A stretch of DNA of 63,299 bases, filler included, from Octopus bimaculoides (Eukaryota), in NCBI RefSeq assembly GCF_001194135.2. It is 8 parts of 8 records of this genome, joined end to end, with 100 filler letters (N's around TTAATTAATTAA, not from the genome) between each part and the next. Parts side by side here need not be neighbours in the genome. Positions count along the whole stretch, not along the records: positions 9,576 to 30,527 come from NC_068981.1; 7 more parts are not named here. The stretch is one strand, 5' to 3'. The stretch's first letter is position 1; each line of letters starts with the position of its first letter. Under the pieces are notes generated by a model. It worked only from the letters and a program-made list of their open reading frames with translations, was not told where the DNA came from and searched no databases. This document shows, in pieces, positions 13,650 through 26,999 of this stretch. A program made the translations under genes and the position numbers.

Positions 13650-14836
13650 GAGTGACGCCATAGCACCCTACAGAGCTTAGGTTCAATTTAGGCGAATATG
13701 CGAAGCTGCTGGAATCTATGATTTAATTTTGGAGCCTGACTCCGTGGCAGTCTTGAGGCCATTTCTTTTGAATGAGATCTTGTGTTTTCTTTTCCTTTCA
13801 TGCAAAATGTCAAATTTAGTTCGTGAGCCATGTATATGTAACTATACACACGCATGCGCACGCATAAACATACAAGTGAAAGTCATTAGGTTTGATTTAA
13901 TTTCATAAAATATATCGTTTTCTATTACTTAGCAAAGAATATGTAAGTTACACATATTATGTGTTTGAAACTATGAATAAACTTCATACTTCTTAACAAT
14001 ATCCCTTTTAATTAATAAGATGTTATTTAATCTTGTGTCAGTTCTAATTTACTGCCACTATAATAAATAGAACGTTCCTATTACCGTCTTACTAGATAGT
14101 TTATCTCAGTCTACCTAATCGAACGTCCGTTTTTCTGTGAGATGACAAAGTGCCATTCAAAATTGATTAGCCTGCTACGTCTATCGGCAATTATCACATG
14201 CAGAATATCTCACTGGTTCATTAATTATAATCGGAAAGTGTGCAATGAATGATGGAATCCTTAACGCATCAGAAGACGCTATTGCGTCGATTAAAGTTTT
14301 CAATTAAAATCGTCCTCTGTTTGACTTAGCCTTCGATCATTCTGGTTTCAGGAAAACACGTATTATTTGTCAATACGTGGTGTCTATTTAATTGATATTA
14401 TACTTAACATGACACATGGTGTTAGGAATGAATATCTGGTAATACATTGGAATAGTGAAAGAAGTCATCCATTCCAACTGGTCTCGAGTGGATTTTTCAC
14501 TTCTCAATCCACCGCACTTCTTAATCATAAAACTTTGAAGTATGGAAGGTGTGTCATATTCTTAGTGGTATGGGATGATGCTAAATTTACTCCTTGTGAC
14601 TGTTGTGTTGGAGCGAGTTAGTTTAACCTTGATTATTGCCAAAGAAGCTTATACTAAAAGTTTAAAAAATCTAGTTTCTTGTAAATCGAAATTTATTTGT
14701 ACATATAGAAGAAGTATATATTTTTGTTGTCAAGATTGTAAATGCTCCTGCGCCATTTTATATCAATAACAACGATTATCTGCTGGCGTATTTTCTAATC
14801 GTGTCACAATATTTAGGTTATATAGATATATTAAAC

Positions 14837-15005
14837 CTTAGCGGCATTTCGTACGTCTTTACGTTCTGAGTTCAAATTCCATTGGGGTCGACTTTGCCTT
14901 TCATCCTTCCGGGGTTGAAATAATAAGTACCAGATGAGTACGAGGATCGATGCAATCGATTTACACTTTCTCCAAAATTGTCGGCCTTTTGCCAAAATTT
15001 TAAAT
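14837..15005 (+). mobile_element. SINE fragment (GTTCTGAGTTCAAATTCC...GGTCGACTTTGCCTTTCATCC family)
   Basis: B-box-like GAGTTCAAATTCC followed by the GGTCGAC...AAGTACCAG core shared with 45410, 52332 and 55132. Confidence 0.65.
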
Positions 15006-16081
15006 CCATTATAAAATGATTAGTCTTGTAGACCTTTAGTATTTCCTGTATGAAAGAATCAAGAAAAAATGGCCAGTTTGCAATTCGAAATCATATACCT
15101 ATTCATCATTTATCTAATTATTCCTTATATTCCATAAGGAAGCAAGCTTTCTTAGACAAACCATTTCAATACAATTTTTATAAAAAAATAAATATGCAAT
15201 AACTAAATCCCAACCGACACTTATCTTAAACTTGATGGACTTTTAAAATGTTTCAAGTGGATTTCTATATATGCAAATAAAAGAATCAGGCTTATGCATC
15301 CGGGTGTATAATTTAAGCGATGTATATAAAGACAAACGAAACAAAACTTTCCGTGCTGATATGTTGGGGTTATATCTCTCATTGATATGAACGATTGTCT
15401 GCTTGTGATTGTGCAGGCGCATGTACTTTTGTGCAGGCAGATGTACGCTCGCGTGTGCGTGTGTGAGTGAAAAAGAGAAAGAGAGAGAGAGTACGCAAAA
15501 ATCTTAGTATATTATTATTTTTTTTTTACAATTCATATGAATTTACCTTAGACATAGAACAAACAATATAGGATAGAGTGGAATGCATACGGTTGGTTTT
15601 CAATAGCAGCTTTCGAGGTTATTTTGTATGAAATTTCAACCCATATTCATGGATTTAGAAATAATTCTATTTATATACTACATGTAGGACCCGTGTAAAT
15701 GCCATGGAATGGAAAATTTAAGAGGACCTATTTAAGAAAGAAAAGATGATTTGTATTTTTATAGTATTTACAGTTAAGCTTTCTTTAAATATTATTGACG
15801 CTCGTCAACATTCCTTTCCTCACTTCTCCGTCGGTGTTGTCTTCTTCATTTTATTATATCTTCTCGCTCTGTATTTGTGTATCTGTACTCTGTATTTGTG
15901 TATCCTTTCTCAGTAAGCTTGTGAATACAGAGTCTAAATTAGCCCTCAGAAACAAATATCAACTTTTTAAAGCGAGCCAACGATAAATAATAGCACTTAT
16001 GAATATGAGATGGTCGCTATAAAAAAATTAGTTCAATAAAAAAAGTACTTTTCAATATCAATACACCACCACCGTTATATG

Positions 16082-16122
<41 letters not shown>

Positions 16123-16197
16123 CTGTCTGTCTCTCTCTTTCTTTCTGTCTCTCTCTATCTCTCTCTCTTTCTTTCTGTCTGTCTGTATGTCTGTCTC

Positions 16198-16287
<90 letters not shown>

Positions 16288-16796
16288 TGCCTCACTCTCT
16301 CTCTCACACTCAATCTTTCTATGTGTCTATCCACCTTTCCTTTCGGCTAAATTTTCACCACGTAATAAGTACTCCTCCATCCTACCGCACGTCGCTAACA
16401 CTTTTCTCTCCTGCTTTTTCTCTCGCCGTCCTTTTCTCTCGTTCTTCGCCTCTACCTCAGCTCTCAGTTAGCCTAAACGTATTGATATTAATCACCTGTC
16501 TCTTCTTCCTCTGTTCTTTCTTTACTCATCCCTCTTCCCCCCCCTCTCTCTCTATCTCATTCTTACTCCATATCCACCTCTCTAACTAACTAATGTATAA
16601 TAGGTGAACAAACATGAAGATTATTATATAAATTCTTCAATCAAATAATGATAGGAAAGTACATTATTATATGCAGATATCACAATAGTTTATCGAAAGA
16701 TTCAGTTATAGGAACGACAATAGCAGTAGGAAAAATAACTGCATTACTACGTCACATCTTATTACACCTACTTTCATTTAAAAGAGTGCTTCATAC

Positions 16797-16832
16797 CCGC
16801 CAATATTTGACAGCGCTGATCGATAGATTCAC
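16797..16832 (-). CDS. Candidate 36-bp symmetric micro-exon (x)ESIDQRCQILA(x), phase 1 to 1
   Basis: Acceptor (T-run)CATAACTACGTCTCAG|GT at 16832, donor GCGG|GTATGA at 16797; open in phase 1, compatible with the phase-1 donor at 41368. Confidence 0.4.
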
Positions 16833-18212
16833 CTGAGACGTAGTTATGAAAAAAAATTACAGATATTTCAAAATTAGGCGTTTTCTTTTTAAATAAATCT
16901 CGATGAATTATGTTCACTATGCATGTATTTGTTTGATAAAATTATTCTTCTGCTTAGAGAATTGCATACCTGTTTTTTTTACATATATACTCATCGAAAA
17001 TGGATAAACAAAACGTGATTTCGTGTTTCAGAGCATGATCCATATAACATTTTATATTATATACGTACCATTGTAGGTAGATATTTTAACTGATATGTTC
17101 AGTAAAATAAAGGAAACATACTGAATGAAGAAGAAGAATATTTTAAAAGCAAGTGTGTTGCTTTAAGATTTTCACGGACTTGTTTTCTTTTTGTTTCCAA
17201 GGTAATTTTCCTTATTTCACAAATCAATCAAGTACGAAAGCGTTCATTAATAACATGGGGAAATTTCGACTTTTAAGACTTGACATGATGAATTGATCGA
17301 TGAGAAATTACTCGCACACCCTTAAAATAACTAATCAGCTTCCCAGTGTACGAGTCTATTGATGATAGAATTTGTATCGTCAGTTAATTAGAAAGACCTC
17401 ATACGTCTTCAGATTTTCAGAGTGCATTCATTGCACCCGAGTGCAACGTAATAGATGTGACAGTGTTCTTTTATATAATGCTACTGTTGATTTGCGGGTA
17501 TATGTTTCCAGCAGAGTTCCATAGTTTCATTCAGTGTATATGCTATACAAGGCAATATCAAAATATATAAATATCCGTAGTTCATAAGAAAATTGACAAC
17601 TAAGCACATTATTGCAGTGGATGTGTTCATTTCTAGAGAGGTATTTTTCGAAAGGGGATGTGGAGTGCACTATGTGTTCAGTACTTGCAGACGGATTACC
17701 AATTGAGGTACAGTAGTGCTTTATATTTCATAAAGTGCAGCAACACGTAAATACACTCACCAAAAACTTCACACATGAGGGAGAAATTACTTTGTGGCGG
17801 CGGCAAAGTGACGTTCGGCAAAAGAGGAGTAATACCTGTTGCCACAACTCTTTGTTCAATTTAGTATTAGCGGCTCTGGTTGCTATCTGTTGTATATACT
17901 GATTATTTTATTGTGTACGTAGGCTACGTGTTAAGGATTGCGAAATAAATAAATGAATAAATAAATAAATAAATGCATATAGTTATCACGAGAGGCAACA
18001 TGTACGGAAATGTTAGTGGTTGCCTCTCTTGGATTTTTCAAGAAACTGCGTTCACCTTAAATTACGTAGTTCCTTAATTATCTTATGCCAGAAGGTTCGT
18101 GCACGTCTGAGTTTATAAATATGCACATATGCAAAATATGCACCCAGAAACATAGAGACACACGCGGACACGCGGACACACCTGCACACAGACACACACA
18201 CATATGTATATA

Positions 18213-18243
<31 letters not shown>

Positions 18244-19241
18244 TGTTGGAATTTACGAAAGCAAATAACAAAACAAAAGACGAAGGCGGCTGCGTAAACA
18301 ACAAACATATGTATTAGTTTAATGCTCGGGAAGTGAGAAAGTCTTTTATATTTCGAGCATACGCTCTTCAACAGAAAGGAACAGAGAAATATTCATGCAC
18401 ATATGTCTAACAAATATAAAGCTTAGTTTTATCGGCAGTTGGCTCACAATTGGCTCAGATGTTTGTTTAGGCAGCGTATGCACTACACTGTGAGTGTGTA
18501 TATGTATAGATATATACACGATTAATCATCTGCTTGTATAAATTTGCCAATAAATGTAAGAATACACGACCTTTGGCTGAACGTAACACATTTGAATGAG
18601 TGCCAAGTTATGTATCTCTTAGAGAACGGATCTTTACTTAATTACACCTAGATATTTTTTATATCTTATAGTTTTGATGCACAATGGCCAATTATAGGAT
18701 ATATATCATAGCACTCAAAATGACTTCTCATTTCCGACTCGGTAGGTATTACATTTCAACTCCTTTAAAAAACATAACATATTTGCACTAGGACAATTAA
18801 AAGCAGAGAGATTTTACAATGGGGTTATATATGTGTAGGTTTATTATCGTTTATTTTTGTGAGTGCTCAAGTGAATGCGTGAGTGAGTGTGTGGATTTGT
18901 GGACGCGTATGCGATCACAAAACGTATAATAATCACTGATTTAATTTCAGACTAAGAATCTTCAGACTGATACGCTCTGAGATTAATAGGTATGATAGAC
19001 AAGAAGGAAATGTATAGGTTAATAGCGAATGTATTTTTGGGTTATGCGTGTTTAGATGAGATGGCGCATAATGGCTAATATATGCTTTTCCGTTCCCATT
19101 TTCAGTATTAAACGTAATCTATAGCGTTGCTGATTTTTGGTGAAAATATGTAAGTATGTGTGTAAGGAGTACAGTGGGACAGTATTTAATGTAGAATGCA
19201 AGTATATATTAATGATCTTATTTGTTGGAATAGTTATTTTG

Positions 19242-19312
19242 TGCATGCATTCGTGAGTGTATGCATGCATTCGTGAGTGTATGCATGCATTCGTGAGTGT
19301 ACGCATGCATTT
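19242..19312. repeat. 20-bp tandem repeat (GCATGCATTCGTGAGTGTAT) x3.5
   Basis: Directly visible tandem copies. Confidence 0.85.
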
Positions 19313-19744
19313 GTGTGGATTCCGATGAGCCTACTAAATGTAACATTTGCAAATTAAAGATTATCATTTCTTTATGAAACTATTTAGTAAGATTATAAAA
19401 TCCAATATAGGATTTTAGAGATTTAAACCATAGCCGTATTAATCAATAATTTCAGAGACTACTTAACAACAAAGAAGTAACTAAAGGTTTTGTATCTATA
19501 TTTACTTAGGATGAACAGTAAATTATGTCTTGGAGGGAAGAGAAATAATATAAATTCCGGTTGAAAGGAATAGTGGATAAGGGAAGAGAGAAACGAACAT
19601 GAAAATAATGTATTATTTTTAGTGTACTTGAAAAGAATGGATGGGTTTTGAGATGTTCAATAAATGTGGTTGTGTGCGTATATGGGGTGGCGAAGGCACA
19701 CCCAGAAATACCCACGCTCACAGACAATAATACATAAATGAATA

Positions 19745-19955
19745 TATATTTTATATATATCTTTAGAAACTATTTGTATCTTTATATATATACTTTATGT
19801 ATATCTTTAGAAACTATTATATATATATCTTTATATATACTTTATATATATCTTTAGAAACTATTATACATATTTTATATATACTTCATATATATCTTTA
19901 GAAACTATTATACATATTTTATATATACTTTATATATATCTTTAGGAACTATTTG
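19745..19955. repeat. AT-rich minisatellite, ~43-bp unit containing TATCTTTAGAAACTATT, ~5 copies
   Basis: The motif recurs five times at near-regular spacing. Confidence 0.8.
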
Positions 19956-21671
19956 TATCTCTACACACAGACATATACTAGAACATATATACGCATATGC
20001 TGATGTCAAGTAAGGCAGAAATGTGTGCCCAACTCTGTCATCTTAACCTCTTTAGAGTAATTAGAATACTTAGAAAAGTTTTCTCTACAATTGGCCCAAG
20101 GTTATGGCTAACTTAATATCACCATCAGGAAAATAAATTTAATTATGTTTATATTACAATTATTCTTTTGGCATTATAACATATTCGAGTAAAGAGTTAC
20201 TATTTTCAGAGACCTATGGGTCGTTTATCCGGAATTAATTCGAAATATTAGGCCAGGAAACCCTTGGAGTTTATAACAACTCTTTTGGGTCTTGGCATGA
20301 AGCAGGGAGTTGAGTCAAAAAAGCAGGTCATCCCATACGTAATGATATTTTCAAATTGTTATTTAGGGAAGTCGTAATGTGAAGTATACGATCGCAATTG
20401 TAACTGAAGGAAGGCCAGATATGTCCAAGAATTATCAATTTCATCGGGGAGTACTGAAACACTCCTGAGATAATTTACCGGTTTAATTCTCAGAGGAAAA
20501 CTAAATATACAATTATAATGTATATTATCAAAAATTTCTTCTCTGTGTCACTCTCTCTCTCCCACCTCTCTCTCTCTCTCTCTCACGCACGCACACATAC
20601 ACGCGTATATGTGAACAAAAACGCAGATTTAGCTTTATATATACCTGTATGTATATATTTTGAAGAGGAAAAATCTCAATGGCCATTTGTATTGATATTA
20701 TATACGCATGCGCGTGGTGATATTTTATCGTTCTATAAACACATGTATGGATGCTTGATTCTGAGGACGCTATTGCATGTTTCAGGTTACGTTACATTTA
20801 TATAATTAATATAGAATATACATATATATATATATATATATATAAACGCGTACGTGCATCTGTGATTACGCATATGTACGGATATATATATATATATATT
20901 CTATTTGACATCAAAGAGTGATAAGAAGCGTATTAAAAAGTAGATAAGGCATTCATTTTCTTCCATTGGTATTACATGCGTAACATGTATATATTACTCC
21001 AATTGATGTACTTGTATTTCATTCAGAGAAGTAACTAATTATTACCGGATCTGTTGGAAATCTGTTACGCATGAAAAATATAGCATCAAGTTGATGCTGG
21101 AAATATAGGATTTCTTTATAACATTTAGTGTGAGAAATACACAATCGTGCTTCTTTGTATAATAACAAGGTCGAAATTTAGGTATGAAAAAATAGCATAA
21201 TAGTGAGCATGATTCAACAGGAACATATATGTTCGGATTGCAATTGATGTGGATATGAAATTCAGATTCGGATGAAAGAAGCCGAATAATGAACGATATA
21301 TTATCAGCTATTCCATGCATAATACTCTCTAATTACATCTCTGTAAAGAAAGTAGTATACAGATATGAGTTAAATTATGTGTGAAGAGATGCCGTGTAAA
21401 AATATCGTGTATTTGATTGGGTTCAACTTCAGGAATTGTAAAACATGAAACGCGAATTCAGCTTAAATTCACATCATACATAGTATCACACACACACACA
21501 CTTATATAGGCACATATCCTCACCTACACATATATATGCACATACATGCATACGTAAATACATACATACATGCAAATATACATGCATGTCCATATTTATT
21601 TATATATTGGTTTATGGATATGCACATATTTACGTATTTCGTATATATGTATGTATATACTCAAATATATC

Positions 21672-21708
<37 letters not shown>

Positions 21709-22532
21709 NNNNNNNNNNNNNNNNNNNNNNNNNNNNNNNNNNNNNNNNNNNNNNNNNNNNNNNNNNNNNNNNNNNNNNNNNNNNNNNNNNNNNNNNNNNN
21801 NNNNNNNNNNNNNNNNNNNNNNNNNNNNNNNNNNNNNNNNNNNNNNNNNNNNNNNNNNNNNNNNNNNNNNNNNNNNNNNNNNNNNNNNNNNNNNNNNNNN
21901 NNNNNNNNNNNNNNNNNNNNNNNNNNNNNNNNNNNNNNNNNNNNNNNNNNNNNNNNNNNNNNNNNNNNNNNNNNNNNNNNNNNNNNNNNNNNNNNNNNNN
22001 NNNNNNNNNNNNNNNNNNNNNNNNNNNNNNNNNNNNNNNNNNNNNNNNNNNNNNNNNNNNNNNNNNNNNNNNNNNNNNNNNNNNNNNNNNNNNNNNNNNN
22101 NNNNNNNNNNNNNTATATATATATATATATATATATATGGAAAAAAGTCTAGGTAGAAAATGCTAAAATAATTTTGTAAAAAACATTTCAGTACAGGTTT
22201 CAGTCATTGAAACTTTTTCAACTGTAAGTATGGAAAACCAATAAATTTGGGAAAAGTTAAAAGAAAAGTTTCTAAAAATAATAATTGCATAGTATTCAAA
22301 TACAAGGAACATTTTCCTTGTTTCTGCCTGTCTCTGTCTGACATGACAAAAACTATTACTCAAAGTTTCACGTTCCCTTTCGTCGGTTGAGTGACAGTTT
22401 GTTTTTTTGTCTTTGCAGCTTTATTAATAAAATAGTTGTATATATACATAGAGGTGGGCCTCCTAAATGGAGACGGGGACCAATCTCGCACACGGCAAGC
22501 TTAATAATTGTTGAGATATAGTATGACATGAT

Positions 22533-22872
22533 AGAGTAAAGGGTAAAGAGTAAAGACAATCTTCGGTCATGAATGACCATGAGATTACATCTAAAAAGTT
22601 CCATTCCGAGACACAAGTTCGGGCAAGGTTGTTTATGGAAGACCAAGAGTCACCCATGCCTCTTCTCTCCATGCTGTCGATGTTATCTAAGGGTAAGGCA
22701 AAGCCGATAGAGCTTGGTACCAGTGACGTCGTGACTCATTTCTACAGCTGAGTGAACTAGAGCAACATGAAATAACATGCCTTGCTTAAAAGCACAACAC
22801 ACATCCTGGTCCAGAAATTGAACTCACTACCTCATGATTGCGGGCCTGACACTCTAACCATTGAGGCATGTA
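22533..22872 (-). mobile_element. tRNA-derived SINE, near full length, (CTTTACT)n-like tail
   Basis: Plus strand CTCTAACCATTGAG / GAAATTGAACTC give A/B boxes on the minus strand; core TTCTACAGCTGAGTGAACT...CCTTGCT; tail AGAGTAAAGGGTAAAGAGTAAAG at 22533-22555. Confidence 0.65.
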
Positions 22873-23361
22873 CCAAGGCAAATTTCACTGTATTTCTAGT
22901 GCAGTGCTCAATCGATACTCTTGGCCAATTACGCTCTCAAAATAATGTTTCACAGAAAACAATGCAAGTTTTCTGATACATATATTCCGATTACATAACC
23001 AGTAAAATCAAAGGGAGCTTTCTACGAAGAGTAACACATAACCTAAATAATAAGAGGAGGAATGAATTAGCATTTCTTTAGTATTAGCCACACTTATTTT
23101 GACACCTGATATCAATTTGATGTTTGGTAATATTTAGGATTGATTAGAATGGAGACACACTTCATCGGACTTCCCTCAAAACGTACGCTCTTACATTGAA
23201 AGGGACAATTAATCGGTTTATATTGCATATATATGGAGGAAATTATAACGAGAAAATTCTTTAAAACATGGAAATGGTGGAATAACTGATAAAACGGAAA
23301 CGTTAGTAACACTAAATATAATGCAGAACATAATAATTAGAGGGAAAAAACAAGATAGTAA

Positions 23362-23485
<124 letters not shown>

Positions 23486-23486
<1 letters not shown>

Positions 23487-23950
23487 CATTTGAGTGAGAA
23501 AGCAGTGCTTGCCATCAAAGTGACGCTTTGGTAAAATATCTGAAACCCAGTATAACCATTATGACTACCCATCCGATAAGGGTACACCAGGCTCGTGCAT
23601 CACAACCATATGTGCGCGACATGGTGATCTCATATAAAGATAAACAGGGCATGATCTTGTACGTTGAGCCCAGTTAGAATTTTCTTCAGGTCGAGTAGCC
23701 TATCCCGCTCAAAAGGTCCCTGAATAGGGGTTGTTTAAGGATGCTGAATGAAACACATATATGTTTCCAAAGGTGAATTATCCAAACCTCAAAGAATTCC
23801 TCTCAATAAGTTCCCCATATAGGAGGTGGGGAGTAACCACATGGAGTTGGCTCATGTGTTCCACTAATCCTGAACAACTCGATGTTTCGAGGGCATCCAG
23901 AAAGAGCACCCTTCTCCTTCTCAGATTCACTAGCCAACAGGCGCATTTTT
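23486..23950 (-). mobile_element. Interspersed repeat (probable non-LTR 3' UTR) abutting (TTA)n, copy 1
   Basis: Aligns with 44752-45236 (GAGTGAGA.AGCA.TGC.TGCCATCAAAGTGA...CCCAGTTAGAATTTTCTT...GGTCGAGTAGCC...GGTTGTTTAAGGATG). Confidence 0.65.
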
Positions 23951-25365
23951 AGAGTATTTTCGCTACATTCACCTACCTTTTAGCAAATGTACTGGGAGGC
24001 AACACTTCTCTCTCCACTCTCATCTTCCTCTCCAAATGAAATTTGAAAAAGTTGATGAAGGATTGGCCGAAGAGAAAAGGCTGTCTTCAGTCCTTTCAAC
24101 CTGGTCCACCAAAGAAACCCTTCGCTACTGCTAGCAGACAGAGGAAAATTGCCTGCCCTTCCGTTGCGGTAGGGCGTCCACCTTCCGGTCGTTTCGGCCC
24201 GCACGGTTCCTCCGAGGCGGCCGGTACGTTCACCAGCGTTCTTTCAGTAACAAGCGATGATCGATATCACATCTAAACATACAACAATTAGATAACATTC
24301 AGAGGTATATTAATTTGTATTATCAAGAAACAAACAAAAAAAATCAAACAGCGTTTCAAATCTGTGTGAGTATATGTGTGTATGGGTGTGCGTTTACAAG
24401 GGAAGTATGTGAATGTATGTGTATATGTGTGTGTTTTTTCTTGGAATTTGTGTTTAAAAATATAAAAGAACAGAGTGGGTTAGTGAAGAACTGCTGCGTG
24501 GAAGAAGAGAGAACAGTCAAATAGAAGGGATGGTTAAGAGAAGACATGATATGAATACAATAGTCACTCACCTATCGCGCTCTTAGTACATCACGGATTT
24601 TTCTGGCTAATATATGTAAATTTATATCGTGGCCTCCTTTGTATATAGCGAGTTTCTGCTGTCGATAGGTATTTATATTTTCTATATTTTAATTATTTCT
24701 GTGGTAAAATATTCATTTTCACGCCTAAAATAAATTGATAAATTAATAAGTACAAATACAGTACAGTATTGCAGTACATAACACATTAATTAAATATATA
24801 TTAGAACAAAATACGTAATGCACCGTAAACAAAGAATCGCACATACTGTATGGAAGACGAAACTCTGGAGGCGAGTGTGCGGTGTCGCTTTGCATTTATA
24901 TTAAAATAAATATATACTAATTATAAAACTAAAAATGAAAATATACAATACTGCTTCTACTTCGTGGAAAGCAACACTCGTGGTAGTCGAGTGACTACTG
25001 TATAGTTCTTGACAAGTCCAGATAGAAAGAAGATAAAATTAACAGGTGACCAACGAAATATTGCTGCCTGTTGAAAATAGCAGGGGGAAGCAAAATATTT
25101 GTAGTTCACAGACAAGATAAGGCTGTTACGAATAACAGAGTCTAACAAAAGAGCAGCATGGGAAATTAAATACTGTGGTAGGGGAGCAGTGGGAATAAAA
25201 AAAAGAAAAGAATTTTAGCAAAGGCGATGAGAAATTATAATTATTTTACTCAATGAGATAAGTCTTCTAGAATTGAAGACTGCAAGTAAAGATTACGTCA
25301 GAGAATCGATTAAGTAAAGAGGATAAGTGTAATGCCGACAGCAGTTAGTGTTAATAATAACAAGG

Positions 25366-25398
<33 letters not shown>

Positions 25399-26427
25399 CA
25401 ACGACGACGATGATATGGAAGTTAGTGATGGTGATGACTGATGTAGCACTGATGGCAATGGTATTGATGAGAATGATGATGGCGATATCGCGGTGTTGAA
25501 ATAGAGTGGTAATGATGAAGATGATAAAAACTACAATGATGTTCATTGGGATGATAATAATGATGATAGAGTTGGAGGTGATAAATTTTTGATGACTGCT
25601 CTAACGGTTGTTATTATTTTAATGGTAAATGTTGGTTTATTGTGATGTTGGTTAACATGATGATTGCAATAGTTACGTTAATGGCCATGGCAAACATGTT
25701 AATGACATGATAGTGTTATATACTTGGGGGACGGCGAGAATACTTTTGACGGCTGTGGTTTGCTGGTAGTGTTCTTGATGATGATGAAAAGGAGGAGGTG
25801 GAGGAGGAGTGGAAGGAAAAGGAGAAGAGGATAAGGAAGGCGAGGTATAGTGTCGACGACCATCTGACTTTTCAAAATGCAGTCCACACCTCGGCAATGA
25901 TTATTGAAAAACATGTTAGTAACGTTTTGAGTGACTAAGATCTGCAAATGACTACAGATGCGATTTAAGCTAAATCGCTTACTATGACTATGGGCAAAAT
26001 AGTGTAAGAACCATCTGATGGTATGCCCCAAAGTTTCATGCCACGGGAAAAATTCAAATATGAGGTAAAAACAGTTACTTTCGAGAATGTGGTATTGACA
26101 AGTCAGAAAAATGACGAAATATCGAGGTCTATCACTCCTGAAACGTTGGGACATACCAGCAGATGTTTTGCACACACTTTTGTATACAGCCATGGATAGC
26201 GACTTAGCTGGCATCGTTTCAGATACATCGTATGGAGAAATCACAAAAATGAAGAAACAGCAATGTCAGTTACTCCTAAATGGAAACTGATGCGAGTTAC
26301 TGCACTTGTCTACGATTTCCCAGTGTTTGAACACCAGACACATTGAACAGAACATACTCTTTTATGCCTGTAAGCGTAGCCTACCCACAATCTAGCAAAA
26401 TCTCTATGTGTGTTCCACATTGTTTAC

Positions 26428-26473
<46 letters not shown>

Positions 26474-26999
26474 TTATATGTATACATATGTGTGTGTGTG
26501 TGTGTANNNNNNNNNNNNNNNNNNNNNNNNNNNNNNNNNNNNNNNNNNNNNNNNNNNNNNNNNNNNNNNNNNNNNNNNNNNNNNNNNNNNNNNNNNNNNN
26601 NNNNNNNNNNNNNNNNNNNNNNNNNNNNNNNNNNNNNNNNNNNNNNNNNNNNNNNNNNNNNNNNNNNNNNNNNNNNNNNNNNNNNNNNNNNNNNNNNNNN
26701 NNNNNNNNNNNNNNNNNNNNNNNNNNNNNNNNNNNNNNNNNNNNNNNNNNNNNNNNNNNNNNNNNNNNNNNNNNNNNNNNNNNNNNNNNNNNNNNNNNNN
26801 NNNNNNNNNNNNNNNNNNNNNNNNNNNNNNNNNNNNNNNNNNNNNNNNNNNNNNNNNNNNNNNNNNNNNNNNNNNNNNNNNNNNNNNNNNNNNNNNNNNN
26901 NNNNNNNNNNNNNNNNNNNNNNNNNNNNNNNNNNNNNNNNNNNNNNNNNNNNNNNNNNNNNNNNNNNNNNNNNNNNNNNNNNNNNNNNNNNNNNNNNNN

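Noticed and set aside
25699-26244. 181-aa minus-strand ORF
   Set aside because: Starts at GTG after a stop, a third of it lies in low-complexity sequence, and it has no recognisable motif; a few ORFs of this length are expected by chance in 63 kb.
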